A stretch of DNA of 48,990 bases, from the NCBI GenBank assembly GCA_037131675.1, contig JBAXQO010000004.1, forward strand, positions 1 through 48,990, written 5' to 3'. The translations under genes were made by a program, and so were the position numbers. Shown one piece after another: positions 1 to 9,010 of the stretch; position 1 is the first letter of the stretch, and each line of letters starts with the position of its first letter. The DNA is from a bacterium (GTDB lineage: Bacteria > Patescibacteriota > Minisyncoccia > Phycocordibacterales > CAIZIN01). The notes under the pieces are model-generated. The model saw only the letters and a program-made list of their open reading frames with translations. It made no database searches and was not told the origin of the DNA.

Positions 1-2
1 AT

Positions 3-76
3 GCGGGTGTAGCTCAGCTGGTTAGAGCGCTTCCCTGTCACGGAAGAGGCCGTGGGTTCGAGTCCCATCACTCGCG
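3..76 (+). tRNA. tRNA-Asp(GTC)
   Basis: Acceptor GCGGGTG/CACTCGC, anticodon arm CTTCC-ctGTCac-GGAAG, GGTTCGAGTCC T-loop, discriminator G76; CCA not encoded. Confidence 0.97.
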
Positions 77-77
77 C

Positions 78-227
78 AAAAAATCAAAAGATCTGGTCTT
101 GTGCCAGGTCTTTTGATTTTTTATAGCGAGCTAGGCGGGACTCGAAAACCGGAAGGAGCGAATGCGACTGAGGTGGGGTCGAGTAAAAATTCAGCAGAAT
201 TTTATACGTGACCGAGTCCCATCACTC
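78..227 (+). repeat. tRNA-3'-associated structured element (Asp copy)
   Basis: 19-bp hairpin 78-122; GCGAG 126-130 and GGGACTCGAA 137-146 antisense to tRNA 71-75 and 57-66; GGTCG...TGACC enclosing an AGCA-loop hairpin 186-203; 15-bp direct copy of tRNA 59-73 at 213-227. Confidence 0.85.
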
Positions 228-322
228 TTGCGGTGAACAAGTGGGTTTTTATAAAAATAAATATGATATAATTCTACCAGAATATCTTCTGGTATTTCAA
301 TTTTATTATTTAATTTAACTAC

Positions 323-2962
323 ATGAAAGTTTTTTATAAGATTTGTCTTTCGTTGTTTTTTATTATTTTTTCTGCTGGTTTGGTGTCTGCCGAGACTCTT
401 CCTAGCATGCCTTATATTCCAAAAGTAAGTATATCTAACTTAAAGTTGGATAAAGATTCTTACCGTATTGGAGATGTGGTGACTGGTTCTTTTGATCTTG
501 TGAACAAGGAGAGCTTTGATGTTGAAGGTATAAACTATCAAGTCTCTTTAGTTGGTGCTTTGGATAAAAACGGAGTTCCAAATGTGGAATATGATCTTGG
601 TACTACTACACCGATTGCTGTTTCCCCTAAGACAAAACAACATGTTGCATTTAAATATAATTTAAGAAATGCTCCCAATGATACCGCAGCCGGAATATTA
701 CTCTCTCTTGTTATGAATAATGGGATAGAGCTTTCTTGGAAAAGTTCTCCTGTAAAAATTATTGGTGGAGTTTCCATTCTTACTCCTGTGAATGCTTTTA
801 TTAAATTTGATGGTAAAAAGTTTGAGCTACAACAGGGTCCGACTGTTTCTTCAGACAAGGAAACAAACTTTAGTGTTTCTTTTTTTAATGAAAGTAAGGA
901 TGTGTACAATTTACATACAACCATGGTTTTGCAAGACAAATCAATGGTAGATGTACCAGATTTTAAGCCCGTTTTGTCGACTCCAGTCAAGGTTTTGGCC
1001 TTCTCAACAACGACAATAACTTCTGTTTTACCGACAAAAGGTTTAGTGCCTGGTGTGTATCTTGCCAAGTTTACTTTCTCTGATGATAAAGATGTTTCCA
1101 GGGCTCCGGTTTTATATGCGAGATATATAGTTGGAGGTGATATGGTTTCTATTGTGAATGTTACTTCTGGTACTGTTTTGCCAGCAAAAGCAGACGATAC
1201 TCTAAATGTAGATATTGCTTATACTGGTAGGCCTTTGGATATTACTTCTAACAATAGTTCCTCCACAACAACAGCAAATATTAGTGTTGTTGTAAAAAAT
1301 GAAAAGAATGAGACGGTTTTGAATTATAATGAAGAAAAGCAATTTGGTCTTTTTGGAGTTATTAATATTTCTGGAAATATAAACAAACCAGCAGAATCTT
1401 TAACGGCTGAAGTTACTGTAACTAAAGGTGGTAATGAAATACTTGCTAGCTATAAAAATAAAATTATTTTTAGTGACATATACTCTGGTAAAAAAACAAA
1501 CTCCGACGGTCAATATGTTGAGGAGGTAAATACGCCTCCGGTTAAATCTAATAAATATATTTTTGTTTTGTACGGAATTGCGATTTTGTTATTTATAATT
1601 GCTGTTATTGTTTTGGTTGTTATCCGGAAAAAAAGATTAGCTGCAACTTTAATATTGGTTGGTGTGAGTTTGTTTTCTTACTCGGCACACGCTGATTTTA
1701 TTGTCGTTTCATCCCAAAACGCAGGTGTGGTAGTAGATGGTCAGGAATACGGAAGAGCTCCTGTTGTTACTGGAGATCTTTCACCTGATATTTTGTATCC
1801 GGGGGAACCATATAGTGTTTCTGGCACCATCCAAAACTGGGCTTGTAATAATTCATATTCTGATGTAAATGTTTTGGGTTATGTGACTAGTGAAAACGTT
1901 TTGTTATCACAGAGTGATAAGGTGTCTACTCCATTTAATGCGAATCATGGCAGTTATGTACATTCTACCAGATTTGCTTCAGATAGAAATATTAAGGCTC
2001 CAACTGTTCCTGATACATATTCTTTTAAATTAGATGTAACATCTCGTATGTATTGGGATGGAAATGTTTACTCTGGGTATCAAAGTCGTACCTTTGGATT
2101 TTTCCCATTCACTGTTGTTTCTGATTCAATAAATAACTTGTCATATATGTGTAATAGTGGGACATCTACTGTCTTAAGTTGGTCTCCTATTGTACCTGCA
2201 GACGGGTATAGCGTGGTGGTTAGTGATAATTTAAAAACCATAAGAGATACAGTGTCTGTAAGTTCTTATCAATTTAATTCTGATAGTGAAAAAGATTACA
2301 ATGCAATTGTTAAACCTTGCCAAGGCGACTTTTGTGGTAAGGCAACTTCGATTGTAACTAGGTGCGCAGGAGAGTGTGTGTCAAATACAAGTCGAGTTTG
2401 TTCTACCTCTGATCCTGATAAGATTTTTGATAATTGTGGGAAGGTGGTGGATACTTGTTCCGGAGGAGATATTTGCTCTGGTGGTATGTGTACAAAAACA
2501 ACAGTAAGTGCTGATAAAAATAAAAATCAATGTAATCTTAGCGCCTCATCAACAGCAATATATGATAACAACGGTAAATTTGTAAAAACTTGTCCAAGTG
2601 GTGAAGCTTGTTTTGATGGTTACTGTACATCAATCTCTTCTCTTTCTAGTGACCCTGCAAAAATAAATCTACGTGGAAGAGTTACAACAAATGATATGTC
2701 AGCGCCATGGAAGACCGCATCTCCTGTTGCAAATGTTATTGTAAGTAAGGGTGGGAAACTAGATCTAGACTGGGTTGTTACAGGTAGTTTTTCAGGAATG
2801 ACATGTACAACTAATAATATAAATTCATCAATTGGTTATGGCGGAACTTGGACTACTGGTGTAAACAATGAGACAACTTCTTATTCGATAACTTGTAAAA
2901 ATGCCTACGGTACCGACACAAAGACTGTGAAATCTATTGTTTATCAAACCTCAGAGTATTAG
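323..2962 (+). CDS. Large exported/membrane-anchored protein with central TM hairpin and Cys-rich C-terminal half
   Basis: 879-aa ORF; N-terminal signal peptide (VSA/E); TM at ~413-434 then RKKR plus a second hydrophobic segment ending SAHA; about 17 Cys in the C-terminal half; TGATATAAT upstream at 264-272. Confidence 0.85.
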   Translation: MKVFYKICLSLFFIIFSAGLVSAETLPSMPYIPKVSISNLKLDKDSYRIGDVVTGSFDLVNKESFDVEGINYQVSLVGALDKNGVPNVEYDLGTTTPIAVSPKTKQHVAFKYNLRNAPNDTAAGILLSLVMNNGIELSWKSSPVKIIGGVSILTPVNAFIKFDGKKFELQQGPTVSSDKETNFSVSFFNESKDVYNLHTTMVLQDKSMVDVPDFKPVLSTPVKVLAFSTTTITSVLPTKGLVPGVYLAKFTFSDDKDVSRAPVLYARYIVGGDMVSIVNVTSGTVLPAKADDTLNVDIAYTGRPLDITSNNSSSTTTANISVVVKNEKNETVLNYNEEKQFGLFGVINISGNINKPAESLTAEVTVTKGGNEILASYKNKIIFSDIYSGKKTNSDGQYVEEVNTPPVKSNKYIFVLYGIAILLFIIAVIVLVVIRKKRLAATLILVGVSLFSYSAHADFIVVSSQNAGVVVDGQEYGRAPVVTGDLSPDILYPGEPYSVSGTIQNWACNNSYSDVNVLGYVTSENVLLSQSDKVSTPFNANHGSYVHSTRFASDRNIKAPTVPDTYSFKLDVTSRMYWDGNVYSGYQSRTFGFFPFTVVSDSINNLSYMCNSGTSTVLSWSPIVPADGYSVVVSDNLKTIRDTVSVSSYQFNSDSEKDYNAIVKPCQGDFCGKATSIVTRCAGECVSNTSRVCSTSDPDKIFDNCGKVVDTCSGGDICSGGMCTKTTVSADKNKNQCNLSASSTAIYDNNGKFVKTCPSGEACFDGYCTSISSLSSDPAKINLRGRVTTNDMSAPWKTASPVANVIVSKGGKLDLDWVVTGSFSGMTCTTNNINSSIGYGGTWTTGVNNETTSYSITCKNAYGTDTKTVKSIVYQTSEY

Positions 2963-2974
2963 CTAGTGGATATA

Positions 2975-3018
2975 AAATAAAATCCTCAATTAAAAGTTGG
3001 GGATTTTATTTTTTTTGG
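2975..3018 (+). terminator. Intrinsic terminator
   Basis: AAAATCCTCAA-ttaaaag-TTGGGGATTTT followed by a T-run, just after the stop at 2962. Confidence 0.7.
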
Positions 3019-3096
3019 TTAATAAAAATTGGATTGAATTTATATAAATAAATTAATAAAAAAGACATAACAAGTAAAATTTGATATTATTTTTAC

Positions 3097-3549
3097 ATGA
3101 ATGATAAACCACTTAGTCTAGGGGAAATTAGAAGTTTACGAAAACCTATACGAAACGTAAATATCGAGCATAAAGAAAAGCTAACCAAACTTGAAAAGTT
3201 CGCTGTTTGGGTGACAGAGAACATTGGAACAATGGGTTTCTTTTTCTTTATATTATTTTTTAATGCTATATGGATAGTTTGGAATGTTCTAGCCCCAAAG
3301 GAAATGGTTTTTGATCCAGGGTGGAGTTTTCTTATCCTTCTCTTTATAAACAACATATTACAAATTCTTTTCATGCCACTTATTATGGTAGGGCAGAACC
3401 TTCAGGGAAGGCATTCTGAAGCTAGGGCAGAAGCTGATTTTGAAGTTAATACTAAAGCTGAGAGAGAAATAGAAGCAATTCTTTTACATCTTGAAAATCA
3501 AAATGAGGGAATACTAGAGATTATTAATAAATTAGATCAGAAAAAATAA
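3097..3549 (+). CDS. DUF1003-family membrane protein
   Basis: Two TM segments and the LIMVGQN...RHSEARAEADFEVNTKAE motif typical of DUF1003. Confidence 0.85.
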   Translation: MNDKPLSLGEIRSLRKPIRNVNIEHKEKLTKLEKFAVWVTENIGTMGFFFFILFFNAIWIVWNVLAPKEMVFDPGWSFLILLFINNILQILFMPLIMVGQNLQGRHSEARAEADFEVNTKAEREIEAILLHLENQNEGILEIINKLDQKK

Positions 3550-3553
3550 AATC

Positions 3554-4201
3554 ATGACGACTAAAATGAAACAACAGAGGCTTAATGGTCTTGGTGACGG
3601 TATTTTTTCAATCGTTATGACATTGCTTGTGTTGGAATTTAAGGTTCCATTGTTAGACGGACAGGTTACCGATTTAATGTTATGGCAAAATCTTGGAAAA
3701 CTTTGGCCTATATTTATAAGTTTTATTTTAAGTTTTGCTCTCTTGTTTACGTATTGGCGCGCACATCATTTTCTTGTTTCGGTATATGCAAAATCTGTAA
3801 CTGTGGGTTTAGCAAATCTTAATGCTCTTTTTTTCTTTTTAATTACGCTGATTCCGTTCAGTGCTCACTTGCTTGGCGTTTATAATCAGACGAGAGTAGC
3901 AATTGTTGTCTATGGTTTAAATATTATATGTATAGGGATAACACTTTTCTGGATGAGAGAGCATATAGAGCATACTGAGTCTATAGAAAAAGTCGCAATT
4001 TCAAAACATGAATATGTGAGTGGGTATGTACGAACTGTTTTTCCTGTTATTGCTGCGTGTGTTGCAATTATAGTTTCTTTTTATAGTACAGAATTATCCA
4101 TTTTTGTATTTACTGGTTCAATACTATTTAATCTTTTACCTGCATCAATGAATCCAATATATAGTGGATTAAATGGGGTAATGGAAAAGGTTGTTGGATA
4201 G
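3554..4201 (+). CDS. TMEM175-family (DUF1211) potassium channel
   Basis: RLNGLGDGIFSIVMTLLVLE N-terminal signature, YWRAHH motif, six TM segments. Confidence 0.85.
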   Translation: MTTKMKQQRLNGLGDGIFSIVMTLLVLEFKVPLLDGQVTDLMLWQNLGKLWPIFISFILSFALLFTYWRAHHFLVSVYAKSVTVGLANLNALFFFLITLIPFSAHLLGVYNQTRVAIVVYGLNIICIGITLFWMREHIEHTESIEKVAISKHEYVSGYVRTVFPVIAACVAIIVSFYSTELSIFVFTGSILFNLLPASMNPIYSGLNGVMEKVVG

Positions 4202-4257
4202 TTTGAAAAAAGCCTTAAAATATATTACTATTCATCGGTGTTTGTATTTTTGCAAAC

Positions 4258-4330
4258 GCCGTTGTAGCTCAATCGGTAGAGCACTCCATTGGTAATGGGG
4301 AGGTAGTGAGTTCGAAACTCATCAACGGCT
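4258..4330 (+). tRNA. tRNA-Thr(GGT)
   Basis: Acceptor GCCGTTG/CAACGGC, anticodon arm CTCCA-ttGGTaa-TGGGG, GTTCGAAAC T-loop. Confidence 0.95.
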
Positions 4331-4347
4331 CCTTATAAGGTTATTAG

Positions 4348-4418
4348 GCCAGTATAGTTCAGTGGCAGAACACTACTTTCGTAAAGTAGGAACGTGAGTT
4401 CGATTCTCACTCCTGGCT
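4348..4418 (+). tRNA. tRNA-Thr(CGT)
   Basis: Acceptor GCCAGTA/TCCTGGC (one T:C mismatch), anticodon arm CTACT-ttCGTaa-AGTAG, GTTCGATTC T-loop. Confidence 0.9.
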
Positions 4419-4499
4419 CAAAAATAGGCTTTTAAGTAAAAACTTGCATTATTTTAGAGATATGGTAATGTCATCTCAGGTTAAATTTTAAGCATTTTT

Positions 4500-4576
4500 G
4501 GGGCCGGGGGTAGTCCTCCTGTCCTGGCCGCATCTCCTACTGCACTCCCGCGGCATTTCTTCCTGCCCTCGGTCCC
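4500..4576 (+). ncRNA. GC-rich structured ncRNA candidate (possibly a degenerate SRP RNA)
   Basis: 14 consecutive pairs between 4500-4513 and 4563-4576 (3 G-U); inner GCCGC/GCGGC helix; possible promoter TTGCAT (4444) with TGgTAATGT (4463-4471). The SRP helix-8 motif is not present. Confidence 0.35.
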
Positions 4577-4690
4577 AAAAAGTTCTTTCTCCAGAGCCCC
4601 CCCCCGGAGCTCCCCCAAAAGACCCGTCGCCCAAACACTCCCCCAAAGTGTACAGGCGACGGGTCATAATTTTTGATATAATCGTTTTTA

Positions 4691-5566
4691 ATGAATGAAG
4701 AGCTGCAAAAAAAAATAGAAGAACTAGAAGCTCAGATGTACGAGTCTCACTTTTGGGATGATAAAATCAGGGCACAGGCAATACTTAAAGAAATCTCAGA
4801 TCTTAAAGAAAAACTTGCTGGGCATGGAAAATATGATAAAGGTGACGCTATCATGAATATACTTTCTGGTGCTGGGGGAACGGATGCAGAAGATTTTTCG
4901 CAGATACTTTTTTCAATGTATACAAAATATATCACCAACAAAAGATGGGGGTATAGAGTGTTACATTCTCATGAAAATGACCATGGTGGATTTCGTAATA
5001 TAACAATTGAAATTTTAGGTAGGAATGCATATGGTACTCTAAAAAATGAGACAGGTGTCCATAGACTTGTTCGCATTTCTCCTTTCAATGCAAAGCAGCT
5101 AAGACACACATCTTTTTCTCTTGTCGAAGTTATTCCCAAGTTTGAAAAACAAGATGCTGAAATAAATATCAATCCAGATGATATAAGAGTTGAGTTTACT
5201 CGGTCTGGAGGACCGGGCGGACAAAATGTAAACAAACGAGAAACTGCGGTACGTATAGTTCATATTCCTACAAATATTTCAGTTCACTGTGATGTTGAAA
5301 GATCTCAAGGTCAGAACCGAGAAAAGGCCATGGAAATACTTAAAGCTAAGCTCTATGTTCTTGAAGAAAATCGACTTAAAAAAGAATCAGAAGGTATGCA
5401 GGTTGCTAAGTCTACAGATATTGAATGGGGAAGCCAGATACGTTCCTATGTTCTTCACCCATATAAAATGGTTAAGGACCACCGTACAAATGTTGAAACT
5501 GCCAAAGTTGATAATGTTTTGAATGGAGATTTGGACTTATTCTTGGAGGCTGAACGTGAATTGTAA
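4691..5566 (+). CDS. prfB: Peptide chain release factor 2, N-terminally shortened
   Basis: GVHRLVRISPF (SPF peptide anticodon), SGGPGGQNVNK (GGQ), WGSQIRSYVLHPY; 291 aa in a single frame. Confidence 0.95.
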   Translation: MNEELQKKIEELEAQMYESHFWDDKIRAQAILKEISDLKEKLAGHGKYDKGDAIMNILSGAGGTDAEDFSQILFSMYTKYITNKRWGYRVLHSHENDHGGFRNITIEILGRNAYGTLKNETGVHRLVRISPFNAKQLRHTSFSLVEVIPKFEKQDAEININPDDIRVEFTRSGGPGGQNVNKRETAVRIVHIPTNISVHCDVERSQGQNREKAMEILKAKLYVLEENRLKKESEGMQVAKSTDIEWGSQIRSYVLHPYKMVKDHRTNVETAKVDNVLNGDLDLFLEAEREL

Positions 5567-5622
5567 ACAGAATCTAAATAGAAAATAGGTGTATTTTGTG
5601 ATAGAATATTCTTTGTATAATT

Positions 5623-6303
5623 ATGATTTACTTCGACAATGTTAGTAAAATTTATGATGACGATTCCGTTGGTCTCCATGGAGTTACGCTTAAAATAGAA
5701 CCAAAAGAATTTGTTTCCATTGTTGGACATTCTGGTGCTGGTAAGACAACTTTGCTAAAAATGATTTTAGCTGAAGAAAAGCCTACAGAAGGTAAGGTCT
5801 TTTTTGAATCTACAAACATTCACGATATAAGAAAGAAGCACATGCCTGACTACCGCAGACATATCGGTGTTATTTTTCAGGATTTTCGTTTGTTACCACA
5901 CAAAACTGCATATGAAAATATTGCTTTTGCTATGGAGGTGGCAGGACGAGATGAAGAGGAGATTCAAGCTGATGTAACTCATGTGTTAGATCTTGTGGGA
6001 CTTAGTAGAAAGATGTGGAGCTTTCCGCACCAGCTTTCTGGTGGTGAGAAACAGCGTGTAGCTATTGCTAGAGCTATTGTGAATCAGCCAGATTTAATTA
6101 TTGCCGATGAACCTACTGGAAATCTTGATCCGGAAAATACTTTTGAGGTAATACAATTATTTAAAAAAATCAACGATCTTGGAACAACTGTGGTACTCAC
6201 CACTCACAACAAAGGAGTAATAGACTCATTGAATAGGCGAGTTATTACGATGGAAGCCGGAAAAGTGGTTCGTGATGAAGTTAAGGGAGGTTACGTTCTG
6301 TAG
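5623..6303 (+). CDS. ftsE: Cell division ATP-binding protein FtsE
   Basis: GHSGAGKT Walker A, IFQDFRLL, LSGGEKQRV; directly upstream of ftsX. Confidence 0.93.
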   Translation: MIYFDNVSKIYDDDSVGLHGVTLKIEPKEFVSIVGHSGAGKTTLLKMILAEEKPTEGKVFFESTNIHDIRKKHMPDYRRHIGVIFQDFRLLPHKTAYENIAFAMEVAGRDEEEIQADVTHVLDLVGLSRKMWSFPHQLSGGEKQRVAIARAIVNQPDLIIADEPTGNLDPENTFEVIQLFKKINDLGTTVVLTTHNKGVIDSLNRRVITMEAGKVVRDEVKGGYVL

Positions 6304-6335
6304 TTTTAATAAAAATTAAATTTTAAAAAGAGTAT

Positions 6336-7256
6336 ATGATGTGGGTTAATACAAAAAGAATATTCAAAGCTGGTTTCATAGCGTTTTGTAGAAATGCTTT
6401 CGTTTCTCTTTCGGCAGTCCTCATCATGGTGGTTACTCTTTTCTTCATTGGTTGCATAATTTTTTCAAGTGCACTTCTCAAGTCTTCTCTGCAAACCATT
6501 CGAGATAAGGTTGATATAAACGTATATTTTGTTACAAATTCTCAGGAGTCAGATATTTTACTTTTAAAAAAGACTCTGGAAAAAATGCCAGAAGTTTCAA
6601 AAGTTGAATACATCTCTCAAGACCAAGCTCTAGATAATTTTCGCAAGCGACATGAGAATGATCAGATTACACTACAGGCACTCGATGAACTCGGTGACAA
6701 TCCACTGGGTGCTGTGTTAAACGTGAAGGCAAAAGAAACATCTCAATATGAATCAATTGCCAATTTCCTTAATCAACAAAACCTTGCACAAGGAGATAGT
6801 TCAATAATAGATAAGATTAACTATTATCAAAACAAAGATGCTATTGATCGCTTAACAAAGCTTATTGATTCAGGGCAAAAAATTGGAGTAGTCCTTGCGA
6901 TTATCTTTGCTCTTATTTCTATTTTGATTACATTTAACACCATTCGGCTTGCAATATTTACAGCAAAAGATGAAATTTCTGTTATGCAGTTGGTGGGTGC
7001 AAACCATATATACATAAGGGGGCCATTTATGGTTGGAGGAATCCTTTATGGTTTAACAGCCGGTATCATTACTCTCATTCTTTTCTATCCATTTACTTAT
7101 TGGCTCAACACTTACACAGAAACATTTTTTGCTGGTGATGGAATATTTACTTATTATATTCATAACTTTGGCCAATTGTTTTTGATTATTATAGGATCGG
7201 GTATTGCTATTGGTGCAGTATCAAGTTTTCTAGCAGTGCGAAGACATTTAAACTAA
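6336..7256 (+). CDS. ftsX: Cell division permease FtsX
   Basis: FtsX topology, DELGDNPLGAVLNVKA, EISVMQLVGA...IRGPF. Confidence 0.93.
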   Translation: MMWVNTKRIFKAGFIAFCRNAFVSLSAVLIMVVTLFFIGCIIFSSALLKSSLQTIRDKVDINVYFVTNSQESDILLLKKTLEKMPEVSKVEYISQDQALDNFRKRHENDQITLQALDELGDNPLGAVLNVKAKETSQYESIANFLNQQNLAQGDSSIIDKINYYQNKDAIDRLTKLIDSGQKIGVVLAIIFALISILITFNTIRLAIFTAKDEISVMQLVGANHIYIRGPFMVGGILYGLTAGIITLILFYPFTYWLNTYTETFFAGDGIFTYYIHNFGQLFLIIIGSGIAIGAVSSFLAVRRHLN

Positions 7257-7363
7257 TATTTTGTTTATCAAAAAGTCACAGAAAGTTAGTTTTGGCAAAA
7301 TAGACAAACCAAACAGAAGCGTTACAATTAATGGAAATTAATTTACAAGAATAATTTCACAGA

Positions 7364-9010
7364 ATGGCGCATACAAAATCACATAAATACATTTTTGTTA
7401 TTGGAGGGGTAATGTCTGGTGTGGGCAAGGGAATTACCACCTCTTCTATAGGAACAATTCTTGAAGCAAAAGGCTACAAAATAAATATCGTAAAAGTTGA
7501 CCCTTATTTAAACGTCGACGCAGGAACAATGAACCCCACCGAACATGGTGAGGTTTTCGTTATGGACTCTGGTCTTGAGACTGACCAGGATATGGGAAAT
7601 TACGAAAGATTTCTAAATCGTGATTTGCGTAATGAGGACTATATGACAAGTGGTATGGTGTATAAATACGTGATTGAAAAAGAACGAGCTCTTGGCTTTG
7701 GAGGTAAATGTATAGATGCCGATAATATTCGCGATGAAATAGTTCACCGTATTGAAAAAGCGGGAAAGGTAAATTCCTCAGATGTTTCCATTATTGAAAT
7801 TGGGGGGACTGTCGGAGATTACCAAAACATAATGTTTATTGAGGCCGCGCGTGTAATGAAGATTCGCCATCCAAAAGATGTGATTTTTATTATGGTTTCC
7901 TATATGCCAATACCTAGCAAACTAGGTGAGATGAAAAGTAAGCCAACTCAAAATGCTATCCGCCAGTTGAGTTCATATGGAGTTAATACAGATTTCATCA
8001 TCGCCAGAAGCGAACTTCCTCTCGACCAGAAAAGAAAAGAAAAAATTGCATTTTCTTGCAGTGTACCAGCAGATAACATTATTTCCGCTCCAGATATAGA
8101 CAGTGTATATGATGTACCGATTAACTTTGAGAAAGACGAACTAGGGGAGATGATTGTTAAAACTTTTGGTTTACCAAATAAAAAAATAGATCTTTCCGCA
8201 TGGAAAACTTTTGCAGCAAAAGCAAAAAATGGTTCCAAGGAAGTAAAAATTGCTGTTGTTGGGAAATATTTTGATACGGGAGACTTTGTTCTCTCAGATG
8301 CATATATTTCTGTTATTGAGGCTATAAAGTTTTCTTCTTATCATTTGGGGGTAAAGCCAAAACTTTCTTGGCTCAATGCAAAAGATTTTGAAAAGGACCC
8401 TAAAAAATTAAAAGAGCTTTCAGAATATGACGGAGTTCTTGTACCTGGGGGATTTGGTGAGTCTGGTATTGAAGGAAAGTTAAAAGTTATTGAATATGCG
8501 AGAATAAATAAGATCCCATATTTTGGGCTTTGCTATGGTATGCAGCTTTTAGTGATTGAGTATGCTCGCAATGTGCTTGGTTGGAAAGACGCAAATACCG
8601 CAGAGATAAATCCAAAGTCATCACATCTTGTTGTAGATATTATGCCTGAACAAAAGAAAAAACTTGAAGAAGGAAAGTATGGTGCATCCATGAGACTTGG
8701 TGCGTATGAAGCTATTCTTAAAGATGGTACGGTTGCACGCCGGGCATATGGAAAAGAGCAAATAAGTGAGCGTCATCGACACCGATATGAAGTAAATCCT
8801 CTATATACAAAAGATATCGAAAATGAGGGACTGGTATTTTCTGGAACTTCTCCAGATGGAAGACTTATGGAAATCGCAGAACTTCCAAAGAGTATACATC
8901 CGTTTTTTCTCGGTACCCAGTTTCATCCAGAATTCAAAGCAAGACCACTTTCACCCCATCCTCTTTTCACAGAGTTTATGAAAGCTGCTATGAAGGAGAA
9001 TAAAAAATGA
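7364..9010 (+). CDS. pyrG: CTP synthase
   Basis: GGVMSGVGKG, DPYLNVDAGTMNPTEHGEVFV, GLCYGMQ, ERHRHRYEVN, QFHPEF. Confidence 0.98.
   Translation: MAHTKSHKYIFVIGGVMSGVGKGITTSSIGTILEAKGYKINIVKVDPYLNVDAGTMNPTEHGEVFVMDSGLETDQDMGNYERFLNRDLRNEDYMTSGMVYKYVIEKERALGFGGKCIDADNIRDEIVHRIEKAGKVNSSDVSIIEIGGTVGDYQNIMFIEAARVMKIRHPKDVIFIMVSYMPIPSKLGEMKSKPTQNAIRQLSSYGVNTDFIIARSELPLDQKRKEKIAFSCSVPADNIISAPDIDSVYDVPINFEKDELGEMIVKTFGLPNKKIDLSAWKTFAAKAKNGSKEVKIAVVGKYFDTGDFVLSDAYISVIEAIKFSSYHLGVKPKLSWLNAKDFEKDPKKLKELSEYDGVLVPGGFGESGIEGKLKVIEYARINKIPYFGLCYGMQLLVIEYARNVLGWKDANTAEINPKSSHLVVDIMPEQKKKLEEGKYGASMRLGAYEAILKDGTVARRAYGKEQISERHRHRYEVNPLYTKDIENEGLVFSGTSPDGRLMEIAELPKSIHPFFLGTQFHPEFKARPLSPHPLFTEFMKAAMKENKK

Noticed and set aside
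4258-4440. Trailer element after the tRNA-Thr pair
   Set aside because: No antisense T-arm copy or AGCA/GACG hairpins follow either Thr gene; used as an internal negative control.
4498-4698. 66-aa ORF over the GC-rich island
   Set aside because: TTG start, Pro-rich translation of a structured C-rich tract, and overlap with the prfB promoter and start; better explained as non-coding.
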